Positions 22,639-31,333 of a stretch of DNA of 40,792 nt are shown one piece after another. Location: positions 1 to 40,792 of IMG/VR virus record IMGVR_UViG_3300029231_000023, one strand, 5' to 3'. The notes below the pieces were generated by a model. That model saw only the letters and a program-made list of their open reading frames with translations, searched no databases and was not told the DNA's origin. Each line of letters begins with the position of its first letter. Position 1 is the stretch's first letter. The stretch comes from a virus. Made by a program: the position numbers and the translations under genes.

Positions 22639-23802
22639 TTACTTTGCCGTTACCGTTGCGTTGCCAGCCTTCTGCGCTTTGTAAGTCGCGTCAGCCTCAA
22701 CGACTGTGATCTTCTTGCCCGTCGCTGCCGTGACATCGGACTTGCCGTCCCACGTCGGCCACGTTCTGACGTTCTGGCCGTAGGTGACAGTCTCAGCCGA
22801 ATCGCCTACCTTGTACTTGTAGACGTTGCCGCTTGCTTCCTTCGCGGGCGTTACCGTGATCTTCGTGTCACCTGTCGCCGTGCCCGCCGCAGAGGTAACC
22901 GTCAGCGTGCCGAGCGACGGGGTCTCGTCAATGTCAGCAACGGCAATGCCGTCCTGATACTCCGCGAACAGGGTCATGCCCATGATCGCAAAGGACTCGG
23001 AGACCGCAGTGGAGTAGTTGCCCTGCACATGGAAACCGACAAGGTTGGTTTCTCCGTCGGTTCTGTAGTCGAGACCGGCACGGGCGAAATCGCTGTCAGC
23101 TGGGTCAATGTAGTACAGGACAATGTTCTCGACCGGAGTCGCAATAACACGACCGCGTTTGATCTCATCGTCAGACAGCAGGAACACGGTGCTATAGCCC
23201 ATGAAGTTCTTGATGTACTGGAAGCCGAATTCAGTCTGGATGGTGATATCGGCGCCGCCGAGGTAATCGTACAGATCCATCACGTTCACGAAGCCAACAA
23301 CGTTGGTCGCGGTGCGGTGCATCTGCTTGAACTTGTTGATAACAGCGCCCTTCGCCATTGCAAGCGCGCGCTGCCAGTTGGTTTCGCTGACGGTCAGCAG
23401 GCCGGTATTCAGATAATCGTAGAAACGATTGGTGACATTGGTCTGCAGCTCATACAGGAAAGCTTCGTCGGTCATTGCGACGGCAACGTCATAGCCGTAT
23501 TCCTTGATCGCCTCGATGGAAACAGCCTTTGCGTACTTCTCGACGTTGATGTTGGCGTAGTCCTTTTCAATGACAGTCGCTTTGGAATAGGGGATCTCTT
23601 CGCCCTCGCCGACGCTCTGCGCGAGCGTCACGCTTGCAGTCTTGGATTTCAGGACGGTTCCCGGCTGCTTTTTGATGGGGCGCATAATGCCTAGAATGTC
23701 GCGCAGGTGCTGCCAGTTCCGCGCAAAGCGGGTTACAAAATCGATTTCACGAGCGGTTACCTGAACGTCGCTCGTCATCGTCAGATTGGTCTTTGCTGCC
23801 AT
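22639..23802 (-). CDS. Major capsid protein with a C-terminal Ig-like extension
   Basis: 387 aa, following the scaffold gene. The C-terminal roughly 90 aa are T/V/A-rich and beta-like (LTVTSAAGTATGDTKITVTPA...). Confidence 0.8.
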   Translation of the reverse strand: MAAKTNLTMTSDVQVTAREIDFVTRFARNWQHLRDILGIMRPIKKQPGTVLKSKTASVTLAQSVGEGEEIPYSKATVIEKDYANINVEKYAKAVSIEAIKEYGYDVAVAMTDEAFLYELQTNVTNRFYDYLNTGLLTVSETNWQRALAMAKGAVINKFKQMHRTATNVVGFVNVMDLYDYLGGADITIQTEFGFQYIKNFMGYSTVFLLSDDEIKRGRVIATPVENIVLYYIDPADSDFARAGLDYRTDGETNLVGFHVQGNYSTAVSESFAIMGMTLFAEYQDGIAVADIDETPSLGTLTVTSAAGTATGDTKITVTPAKEASGNVYKYKVGDSAETVTYGQNVRTWPTWDGKSDVTAATGKKITVVEADATYKAQKAGNATVTAK

Positions 23803-23804
23803 GT

Positions 23805-24395
23805 TTATTCTTCCTTTCCGAACAAATTGAGATTTGCGGCAATTGCTGCCTGCCGTTCAGACGCGTCCCTGATTTTGAAGATGTCGTCCCGGCTCATAGC
23901 GCCGCCGTTGTTTGCGGGCGGGTCTTTGGTGTCCGCGCCCTTCTGTTTCGTGGTAACAACGAAATCTGCCCACTCTTCCTTGATGGACTTCTTCAAATCA
24001 TCGGCATTCTTGATCTTGCCGTCTTCCAATTCAATCGAAGAAAGATCGGTGACCTTCAAAACCGAATCAATTCGTTTTTCGCTGATACCCACAGACTTCA
24101 AAAGTTCCCGATACGCGGATTCTTTCGCGCTCTTGGTTTCCTTCTGCATCTGCTCTCTTTTGTAGTCGTCAAATTCCTTTTTGATCTTGTCGTGCTTATC
24201 CTTCCAGCCATCGTCGCCTTTGGCTTTCAGGTTTTCAAGCTCCGCCTGTACTCCGGGGAGCTTTTCGGCGTCTGCCTTATACCGTGCAAGGTCGCTTTTC
24301 AGCCCGTCTACGGTATCGGTGTGCGCCTCAATGATCGTATCCATCTGCTCTTCTGTCAGCCCCATTCCCTTCAGGAGCTTGCGCGTCAGTGCCAT
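23805..24395 (-). CDS. Scaffolding protein
   Basis: 196 aa, highly charged coiled coil, immediately upstream of the capsid gene. Confidence 0.8.
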   Translation of the reverse strand: MALTRKLLKGMGLTEEQMDTIIEAHTDTVDGLKSDLARYKADAEKLPGVQAELENLKAKGDDGWKDKHDKIKKEFDDYKREQMQKETKSAKESAYRELLKSVGISEKRIDSVLKVTDLSSIELEDGKIKNADDLKKSIKEEWADFVVTTKQKGADTKDPPANNGGAMSRDDIFKIRDASERQAAIAANLNLFGKEE

Positions 24396-24442
24396 GTTCT
24401 ATCTTCCTTTCCCTTGTCGGCGGTGCTTTGCCGCGACAGAAC

Positions 24443-24478
24443 AAAAAATGTGGCAACAGTCATTTCTTTGCTGTTACC
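24443..24478 (-). terminator. Intrinsic terminator-like hairpin between the gp10-like and scaffold genes
   Basis: On the minus strand: GGTAACAG-11 nt-CTGTTGCC followed by ACATTTTTTGTT. Confidence 0.6.
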
Positions 24479-24498
24479 ACACTTATACCGTATATTTA

Positions 24499-24513
24499 TG
24501 GCTCTGGGACGCA
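24499..24513 (-). promoter_or_regulatory. Conserved 15-nt box, copy 1 (TGCGTCCCAGAGCCA on the minus strand)
   Basis: Identical 15-mer at 32822-32836. Both copies lie a few nt after a stop codon, and each is followed by TATAAG and a hairpin. Confidence 0.6.
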
Positions 24514-24517
24514 ATCT

Positions 24518-24916
24518 TTATCCGTTTTTCATCTCATCTTCGACGATTTTCAGGTACTGCGCCGCATAGTTCGCCGCCGCTGGCTTCAAATACGGCTGTG
24601 CTTTGTTTCCAGCCGTCCAGTGCCAGTTCCCCTTCGCGTCCTGATACGCCCACGGCGTATGTCTCCCGCCCGGATAATACTTTCCGGTTCCGAGTTCGAC
24701 GTATGCGGCATATTCCGTGTCACTTCCGATGTATGCAGCCGGTTCCCCTTCATCTACGCGGTGCGTGATGCTGTTGCGTAGGTTTCCGGTATCAACCGGG
24801 CATAGCCGCTTCGCGTACTTTTCCGCCGTCATGCCGATCTTTTCAAGCGCACGAAGCAGCACGTTTTTCATATTGTCCTTGATTTCCTCTGAGTTGTCGA
24901 TAAATTTAACGTCCAT
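24518..24916 (-). CDS. HK97 gp10-family protein
   Basis: CPVDTGNLRNSI...YAAYVELGT motifs. The likely start is ATG 24916 (MDVKFIDNSEEI). Confidence 0.7.
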   Translation of the reverse strand: MDVKFIDNSEEIKDNMKNVLLRALEKIGMTAEKYAKRLCPVDTGNLRNSITHRVDEGEPAAYIGSDTEYAAYVELGTGKYYPGGRHTPWAYQDAKGNWHWTAGNKAQPYLKPAAANYAAQYLKIVEDEMKNG

Positions 24917-25904
24917 TTTTCTTTTTCCACCCTGCCCATTCGGCATAGCTCATGTTCTCGATCAGCTCATTCCGTCCGGTCGCCTGGTTCCTGGCGCGGC
25001 GCTTGCCTCCGGAGGTGTCGATTCCTTCGATCTCGGATACCAGCGTGCAGCGGCAGTTATAGATTTCGGACGGTGGGCCGTTCGGGTCACCTGGGTAGCG
25101 GCAGCCGTTGGAGAACTTTTTGTCGTTGTCCACGATCTCGCCGTCGAGCATGGCGTGGGAGTGGCGGGTTCTTCCGTCGAGCGTCGCCATCCATTGTTTC
25201 CTGCACTTGATTCCCATTTTCTCAGCGGCATAATAAGAATCCAGCCGTCCGGCGTTCTGCGCGCCCGTGACTGCCGTTCGAGCTGTCCGGATAGCGGAAT
25301 CGCGGTTCATGGTGGTGATACGACTTTGCAGATCATCTGCCATGCCCTTGAGGCTCCGGCCCTGCAAGATGGAGCTGGTGACACTGGCGGTTATCTGCTT
25401 TTTCCCGTATGCAAGATCAATCCCACGTTTGAGTGCTCGCTTCTCCGGGTAGGACGGCATAAGGCCCGGCTGCTCGGCAATCAGGCGCTTCACAACCCGC
25501 TCATCCCAGAGATCGAATCCAACGTCCCCCACCACCTGCTCGATCATATAGGCTGCTAGGTTCCTGTTCAGGCTGTAAATCCCCGGCGTTGCGTCGTTGA
25601 TATAGGCGATTGCGGTTGCGTTTGCATTCGTCATTCGCTCTGCGACTTTATCCCTTAGCGCTTCAAACCGCTTCCCGCGTCCAATCTGAGCAGCACGCCA
25701 CAGCTTGTATTGATCCTCCGAGATCTCCCCAGCGTCCAGCCGCGCCTTTTCCACCGCGTCACGCGCTGCAAATTTACCGAAGTAATCCCTGATCGTATCC
25801 GTCAGATCGTTATACGCTTCCCTATATATCGCAGCAATCCGCTTTTCAAGCTTTGCGAGCTCTGCGTCTGTCATTTTCTGCCCGGCGGTGTTGCTTGTGC
25901 TCAT
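24906..25904 (-). CDS. Head morphogenesis protein (Mu F / SPP1 gp7-like)
   Basis: TLDGRTRHSHAMLDG and NCRCT motifs. 332 aa. Confidence 0.85.
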   Translation of the reverse strand: MSTSNTAGQKMTDAELAKLEKRIAAIYREAYNDLTDTIRDYFGKFAARDAVEKARLDAGEISEDQYKLWRAAQIGRGKRFEALRDKVAERMTNANATAIAYINDATPGIYSLNRNLAAYMIEQVVGDVGFDLWDERVVKRLIAEQPGLMPSYPEKRALKRGIDLAYGKKQITASVTSSILQGRSLKGMADDLQSRITTMNRDSAIRTARTAVTGAQNAGRLDSYYAAEKMGIKCRKQWMATLDGRTRHSHAMLDGEIVDNDKKFSNGCRYPGDPNGPPSEIYNCRCTLVSEIEGIDTSGGKRRARNQATGRNELIENMSYAEWAGWKKKNGR

Positions 25905-25969
25905 ACGCTTTTATCCGCCCCGCCGAGCACGGCGCAGACGAGGGTAACGATGATGGTCTTGGTGTCCAT
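25901..25969 (-). pseudogene. 22-codon remnant of the 5' end of the 13576..13920-type gene
   Basis: MDTKTIIVTLVCAVLGGADKSV*. About 42 of the first 48 nt are identical to 13920-13873. It retains an RBS and an ATGA overlap with the MuF-like gene. Confidence 0.6.
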
Positions 25970-25998
25970 GGTGTTCTCCCTTTTCCGGTTTTCGGCGT

Positions 25999-26817
25999 TC
26001 ACATCGCAACGATGTAACTCGCATAATCCTTCCATCCGTCGGCAGCTTTATACGCCGCGACCGATGCAGCCGGGACTTTGATGGTAAATCCCGCTGTGCT
26101 CGAGCGGAACACGCTACTTCCGAGTGTTGGAGGCGTTGCAGCCAAGCATGTAACCGATGCAAGTTGCCTACAGTAGCCGAAAGCCCTGTCCCCGATCTCT
26201 GTTACCGTATCCGGTATAGTGATCTGCTTAATCATTGCACTCATAAAGCACCGGTTTTCTATCTTGGTGAGATTTTGTGGCAGGATGATATTGATTGGCA
26301 GTTCTTCATCCGTTGCATTATTGTAGACTGGCCGAACATCTTCAAACGCACTAGTTGGAAGCACTGTCACAAGTGGCGGAACTGTCAGCGTTGCGATGGC
26401 TGCACCACTAAAGCATGCATCCCATAACTCACTGATCGTATTTGGCAGAACCAGCCCGTGTACCAATGCCTGGTTAAACGCCATTGATTCTATTACCGTG
26501 ATGTTATTTGAAGCATCACTACAGTCAAGGTTTTGTAGTCGGCGCTGCCCTGCGAACTCATACGCGTAGATTGCCGTGTGGTTATAGAGTTTTGCGCGCT
26601 TGATATAGTGGCCTGGGTTGCCGCTTGTGATATCCCCCATCGCAATATACTCTGCTTCCATGTACGGTGTAGTCGGTGCGGATTTTATTCCGCTGATCGC
26701 GCCTGCAATCCCTTCGATGGTCTGTGCCGCTGGGGCTGTGCCGCCTTTGGCCTCCACTGCGTCATACGCCGCGCCGACTGCCGTGATAATGCGGTCGATT
26801 TCTGTCTGTACGCTCAT
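25999..26817 (-). CDS. BspA-type leucine-rich-repeat protein with a fibre-like N-terminus
   Basis: ITIPDTVTEIGDRAFGYCRQLASV...TPPTLGSSVF...IKVPAASVAAYKAADGWKDY. The N-terminal MSVQTEIDRI resembles the MSTQTEITRL of the neighbouring gene. Confidence 0.7.
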   Translation of the reverse strand: MSVQTEIDRIITAVGAAYDAVEAKGGTAPAAQTIEGIAGAISGIKSAPTTPYMEAEYIAMGDITSGNPGHYIKRAKLYNHTAIYAYEFAGQRRLQNLDCSDASNNITVIESMAFNQALVHGLVLPNTISELWDACFSGAAIATLTVPPLVTVLPTSAFEDVRPVYNNATDEELPINIILPQNLTKIENRCFMSAMIKQITIPDTVTEIGDRAFGYCRQLASVTCLAATPPTLGSSVFRSSTAGFTIKVPAASVAAYKAADGWKDYASYIVAM

Positions 26818-26830
26818 GTCTGTTCCTCCT

Positions 26831-27712
26831 TTAAATCGCGGCGAGAGCCGTTTCGATCGCGTCTGTCAGCGATACCGTGCCGCCGGAGGTGTATCCCGCC
26901 GGGATATCGGCGCTGGTCTGCGTGAGGCCGTCGATGGTCTTTGCGATCGCGCCGTTGTTGGCCATGGTGCCCTCGACCTTGCTGCCGTCGGCCAGCACGA
27001 TAAACTTTCCGTCCAGCACGTCAGCAGCTCCGGCAGTCACGCCGGAAACGTCCTTGTATTTGTCCGGGATCGCGCCGACCGTGACCTTGCCGAGGACTTT
27101 GCCCTTGGTGGGCGTGATGTCCTGCGCGGCCTCGGTAGGCGTGGCGGACTTGGTTTCCAGCATGATAGATACCTTGCCCGTGCCGGAGTGCTTACCGGCG
27201 GGGACAGTGTACTCCTGATTGCCGGTCGTCGCGTCCAGCACTTTCTCCACTGCACCGTTGTCCGGCATGGTGCCAGCCTGCGTTACGCCGTCCGCGTCGA
27301 TAAATACTTTATTCGCCAGCACGTCGCCGGGCGCGGCGGTCGTGGCGGAGACGTCCTGATAGTTTTCCGGGATCGCGCCGACGGTCACACCGGACAGGCC
27401 GTAATAGCCCTGATCTGGTGTGACGGACTGCTGCTCCTTCGTCGGCGTGACGGATTTGGCCTGCAGGTTGTAGTTGCCGCCGCCGGAGACGCCCTTGACC
27501 GTGCCGGAGCCGTTGTGATAGCCCGCGGGGATGGTGTAGGACTCGCCCTCCTTGACATTGGCGTCAACCGCGCCCTGATTTTTGATGGCGGCAGCCTTGT
27601 CGGTCAGCGCGTCGAGTTTGTCCGTGCTCGCGGCGAGGCCGAGGCCGACGAGCCATGTGCGCAGCTTGTTCCGCGCGGTCTGCAATCTGGTAATTTCGGT
27701 TTGTGTGCTCAT
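26831..27712 (-). CDS. Fibre-like protein with roughly 100-aa internal repeats
   Basis: Two and a half repeats containing IPAGYHNGSGTV / VPAGKHSGTGKV / IPAGYTSGGTV and VTVGAIPENYQDVS / VTVGAIPDKYKDVS. Confidence 0.6.
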   Translation of the reverse strand: MSTQTEITRLQTARNKLRTWLVGLGLAASTDKLDALTDKAAAIKNQGAVDANVKEGESYTIPAGYHNGSGTVKGVSGGGNYNLQAKSVTPTKEQQSVTPDQGYYGLSGVTVGAIPENYQDVSATTAAPGDVLANKVFIDADGVTQAGTMPDNGAVEKVLDATTGNQEYTVPAGKHSGTGKVSIMLETKSATPTEAAQDITPTKGKVLGKVTVGAIPDKYKDVSGVTAGAADVLDGKFIVLADGSKVEGTMANNGAIAKTIDGLTQTSADIPAGYTSGGTVSLTDAIETALAAI

Positions 27713-27724
27713 AAAATCACTCCT

Positions 27725-27973
27725 TTAGATTGTCGCCAGCAGGGCGTTGATGTTGCCGACCTCCGCATACACGGCGGCGGACGTTACGGGCTTGGTGTTG
27801 TCCTTTTCGACTGCGTCCGCCGTATCGACGGACAGGGTGTTGGTTTCCGCGTCCAGCTTCAGGCCGGAGCCGATGTTGTAGCCGCCGGAGCCGCCGTCAG
27901 CACGCACGGAAACGTTAAAGGAAACGTCGATCGGATCGCGGTTCTTGAGTTCAAATTCAATGCCGCCCATCAC
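27725..27973 (-). CDS. Small fibre-like protein
   Basis: NTLSVDTADAVEKDNTKPVTSAAVYAEVGNINALLATI, a motif I associate with phage fibre stems. Confidence 0.5.
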   Translation of the reverse strand: MMGGIEFELKNRDPIDVSFNVSVRADGGSGGYNIGSGLKLDAETNTLSVDTADAVEKDNTKPVTSAAVYAEVGNINALLATI

Positions 27974-28275
27974 AACACCGCCTTTGAAAGCGCGTGCGCA
28001 ACGTCGATCTGCTTGATCTCCGAGCCAATCACGTCACCGCTCTTGAATTTCACGCGCACCTGCATCTGGCAGAGCTTCGGGAGCCGAAAGGTCTCCTGCT
28101 GGGTGAGGGGAATGTGGAACTTTCCATCCGAGTATTCCGCTTCCCCCGGATAAATTTTTTTGAAATTGAATAAAGTGAACTCAACCGCCTTGACATCCGC
28201 AATATTGATGGGGGAACCGTTGTTTTTGATCGTAACATCGAGGCTGTACGCATCACCCTGTACCATACTGCTCAT
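27970..28275 (-). CDS. Small beta-rich structural-looking protein
   Basis: 101 aa (QGDAYSLDVTI...LTQQETFRL...VRVKF), directly after the portal gene. Confidence 0.45.
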   Translation of the reverse strand: MSSMVQGDAYSLDVTIKNNGSPINIADVKAVEFTLFNFKKIYPGEAEYSDGKFHIPLTQQETFRLPKLCQMQVRVKFKSGDVIGSEIKQIDVAHALSKAVL

Positions 28276-28279
28276 ACGT

Positions 28280-29626
28280 CTATCCCTCCATATCTTTCGT
28301 GGAATATCGCTCTAATTCTTCCGCGCTTTTCCTCTTCAAAATGTTTGCGATTTCCTCCTGTGTAAGCCACGGCAGCTTGCTCAGAATCGTTTCGTCGTCA
28401 AGGTAGCTCGCGGCAAGCAGCACCATTTGCGTCTGTTCTAACTGATTTGTTATTTTGGATCGCATAAAGGACGGCTCGTCATCAATACCAACGATCTTAA
28501 ACAATGCCTGCAGGAACTCGATCACGCAGTATTCAAATTGATCCACCTTGTTATCCATCGGCTGATACGCCGCCATGATCTCCGTCGCCGTCTTCTGCCC
28601 CGCCTGCATTTTTGTCACATCAAGCATTTGCGCGTCACGGTAAAGATCGTCGCTGATTCTGGAAAGAAGCGCTTCCCGAGCTTCAACTGGGATTGTGAGC
28701 GTATGAGCCTCTGCCTTCGCACCGTCATCGTCCACAAGACCTACACCAATTCTCCGCATGGACTCTTTGAATCGTGCCATATCGATCTCGTCCATTCCGC
28801 CAGCGTTCGAGATCGTCCAGTAAATGATTGACGCCTCATCAACTGTATTCGCAAAGCCTGACTTAATGAGATCGTAGCAGTCTATCGCCTCGCGTTGGCC
28901 GACAAGCTCTGACTGCCTTGCGCGGTTGCCGTAGAGCGGAATAATCGGGAAGCCGGGATAGTTTTGATATGCAAGGATCTCCGTACCGTCCGCTTCGGAA
29001 CTTGCCTCGACAGATACATATCCGCGCTTTGCCTCTAGGATCTCCATGTTTTTTCCGCTTCTGCGGATGAACTGCGTAAAGCCGTCCGGCTCGTAGAGTG
29101 CTGCGCGAAGCGGCTTTGTATCAGATACCTGCCAGAATCTAATCCCGGAGCGCAACGCACCGTTTTCCTCATCGAGAAGCGGAACGAACTCTGTTACATC
29201 GAAAACCTCAAGATGATCAAGGTTCCAGAAGCCATACGATACGCCTCCAACAAGCGCCGCATGCGCTGCGTCCTGCAGCCGAACGTCGAACGATGTGCCG
29301 AGTTTTTCTTTGTTCGCGGCTTCTTTCAGCGTCACACCGTTTCCGAGCAGATACTGCGTTTCCTGCGTGATGAAATTTGCAAAGAAATTGCTCCGAAGCT
29401 TATAGTTCGGACTGTAGTTGTCCGGAATGACTTTCCCGTTGAGTGTATAAAGCAGCTTTTGAAAATTAGCAATCGTCACATTCCTGTGCGCGTCATACTC
29501 CTTCGCAATAACCGCCTGTTTGTATAAATCCGAGTCTTTGTGATTATTTATCGCGGACAGAACAAATTCCATCCGTTCCCGGTCAGACTTTTCCGCGACC
29601 TCTAAAAAATCTTGATATGTTTTCAT
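28280..29626 (-). CDS. Portal protein (SPP1 gp6-like)
   Basis: 448 aa, immediately after TerL. Confidence 0.8.
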   Translation of the reverse strand: MKTYQDFLEVAEKSDRERMEFVLSAINNHKDSDLYKQAVIAKEYDAHRNVTIANFQKLLYTLNGKVIPDNYSPNYKLRSNFFANFITQETQYLLGNGVTLKEAANKEKLGTSFDVRLQDAAHAALVGGVSYGFWNLDHLEVFDVTEFVPLLDEENGALRSGIRFWQVSDTKPLRAALYEPDGFTQFIRRSGKNMEILEAKRGYVSVEASSEADGTEILAYQNYPGFPIIPLYGNRARQSELVGQREAIDCYDLIKSGFANTVDEASIIYWTISNAGGMDEIDMARFKESMRRIGVGLVDDDGAKAEAHTLTIPVEAREALLSRISDDLYRDAQMLDVTKMQAGQKTATEIMAAYQPMDNKVDQFEYCVIEFLQALFKIVGIDDEPSFMRSKITNQLEQTQMVLLAASYLDDETILSKLPWLTQEEIANILKRKSAEELERYSTKDMEG

Positions 29627-29634
29627 CTTTTACC

Positions 29635-30903
29635 TCACCGCGCCAGCTCCGGCACAAATCTGTGTTCTTTGAAGTGCTTTTTCAAGACCGTCATCACCAT
29701 GTACCTGATTTCGTCCATAGCGTGGTCGTTTTCCTTCACGACGCGGTCAGATTCTGCTTTTTCGTCCCACCTGTAAAGCCCGAATTCGCGGATGGCGTCC
29801 TCGCAGCTCTCATGGATTTTGACCTTCCCGGACGCGATCATCTCAGCCGTTGTCTGTATGCCGGGCAGTACATCATTCACAGCCCCGCGAACTTTGAACT
29901 CATGGTGCTTCTTTACGGTGGCAATGAAAGCGTCCGCAGACGGGTCTACAATCAGACATTTTATATCTCTCCCACCCGCAAGACGCTTTACCTCTGAATA
30001 ATACTCTTCTGGCGTTTTTTCTTTCCGTTCTTCTCGCCCGCAGTAATAATACTCTCCAATGCGCACCGCTTCTGTTTTCGTCACGCACCACAAGCCAGCC
30101 GAAAACGGATTGTGCGTGCCGTAGTCAATGGAAATGTAATAATCGCCGGTGTCCGGTGTGTCCTGCACGATGCAGGAATCGCCAAACATCGGATACACAA
30201 GCCCTTCCGCAATGCAGCGCTCACCGAGGATATCCCGTCGATACCAGATGCTTTTTATATCATACTGGCTTTCGATTTCCGCAAGCCTTTGGGCTGTAAT
30301 CGTTGCGTTGTCCCGGATAGTAAAGTGCCGGTAATTATACCGCGCTCCAAATTGTTCCGGGAATCGGTCTATGTAATTCTGGTAAATCCAGTGTCCAGGC
30401 GACGAAGGGTTTAAATCCCAAAAAACACGTCGAAGTTTTGCGGCAAGCTGTCGATTGAATGCCTCCTTGATCGTATCCTCATGGTGAAGGTTGATCTCGG
30501 TTGCTATCCACATCCCATAGGAGTTGCCGCGAATCTTCTTGAAGCTGTCCGCTTTCGCGCCGCCCGCGAATATCACGACGTAATCCCGCTTATGTGAGCG
30601 GATAACCAGTGCTTCATTTCCCTTATACTTCGTCCACCGGCAGCGGCCACGGAAAAGATACTCCAATCCGTAGCCGTTCGCGTCCCCGATGTTCAGTTTC
30701 GCGTTTGCCGCTGTGGAACCTGTCGCAAGGTGGATGCGGTCAGGCGTCCCTTTCTCGATCAAATAGGCAAATGCCGCAATGTTGTCGATGGTCTTACCGG
30801 CACGGACAGCGCCCTCCGCTACGGAAATCGTCGCCCGCGTCGCCGCCGCGATATATGCCTTATGCTTCTCGCCGAACTTCGGTTGAAGGGTCTGCGTAAT
30901 CAT
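29635..30903 (-). CDS. terL: Terminase large subunit (PBSX/Terminase_3-like)
   Basis: Walker A GAVRAGKT. 422 aa. It follows TerS with an ATGA-type overlap. Confidence 0.9.
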   Translation of the reverse strand: MITQTLQPKFGEKHKAYIAAATRATISVAEGAVRAGKTIDNIAAFAYLIEKGTPDRIHLATGSTAANAKLNIGDANGYGLEYLFRGRCRWTKYKGNEALVIRSHKRDYVVIFAGGAKADSFKKIRGNSYGMWIATEINLHHEDTIKEAFNRQLAAKLRRVFWDLNPSSPGHWIYQNYIDRFPEQFGARYNYRHFTIRDNATITAQRLAEIESQYDIKSIWYRRDILGERCIAEGLVYPMFGDSCIVQDTPDTGDYYISIDYGTHNPFSAGLWCVTKTEAVRIGEYYYCGREERKEKTPEEYYSEVKRLAGGRDIKCLIVDPSADAFIATVKKHHEFKVRGAVNDVLPGIQTTAEMIASGKVKIHESCEDAIREFGLYRWDEKAESDRVVKENDHAMDEIRYMVMTVLKKHFKEHRFVPELAR

Positions 30904-31238
30904 TCCATACCAGCTTCCGCCAGATACGCGGAAGTGTCCTCCATGTCAACCGATTCCTCCGGGTTGTCCTTCTGGCCGAGATACTGCTTCCCGAGCCAGA
31001 TTGCCATGTTTGCATTTTTCTCCGCTAATTTCCACTGGTTCCGCCTAAGAGATATTTTCCCCGCTCCTCGCTTTTGCTTAAAAACTTCGGAGAAATTTTC
31101 TCCATATGTGCGTTTACACCAAGCATTTAGTGTTTTATCTGTGACGTCGAACCAGCCGCAGATTTCCTCAAGCGTGCATTGCAGGCCGCATAGATTCTCG
31201 AACTGCTTTTGATCTATTTCCTTTTTCAGCCTTGCCAT
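30900..31238 (-). CDS. terS: Terminase small subunit
   Basis: KQFENLCGLQCTLEEICGWFDVTDKTLNAWCKR (HTH) and SLRRNQWKLAEKNANMAIWLGKQYLGQ. GGAGG RBS. Confidence 0.8.
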   Translation of the reverse strand: MARLKKEIDQKQFENLCGLQCTLEEICGWFDVTDKTLNAWCKRTYGENFSEVFKQKRGAGKISLRRNQWKLAEKNANMAIWLGKQYLGQKDNPEESVDMEDTSAYLAEAGME

Positions 31239-31333
31239 ATACGCCCTCCTTCCTTCGCTGGTGTTTGATGAGCTTCTCCATGTCCCGCTTTAAGTGCGGG
31301 CTGTCTGTTTTGGCAATGATCGCCTGTGCTTCT

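Noticed and set aside
26618-28153. Long plus-strand ORFs opposite the structural genes (for example 26618..28153 at 511 aa, 10848..12014 at 388 aa, 9312..10472 at 386 aa, 18520..19398, 24717..25559 and 12264..13070)
   Set aside because: They are antisense shadows in GC-rich coding DNA. Their translations are Arg/Ala/Gly/Pro/His-rich and low-complexity, they lack SD sequences, and each is fully covered by a convincing minus-strand gene.
13952-28275. A diversity-generating retroelement acting on the duplicated fibre genes
   Set aside because: No reverse transcriptase ORF exists anywhere in the window, and the paralog differences are not confined to a short template/variable repeat pair.
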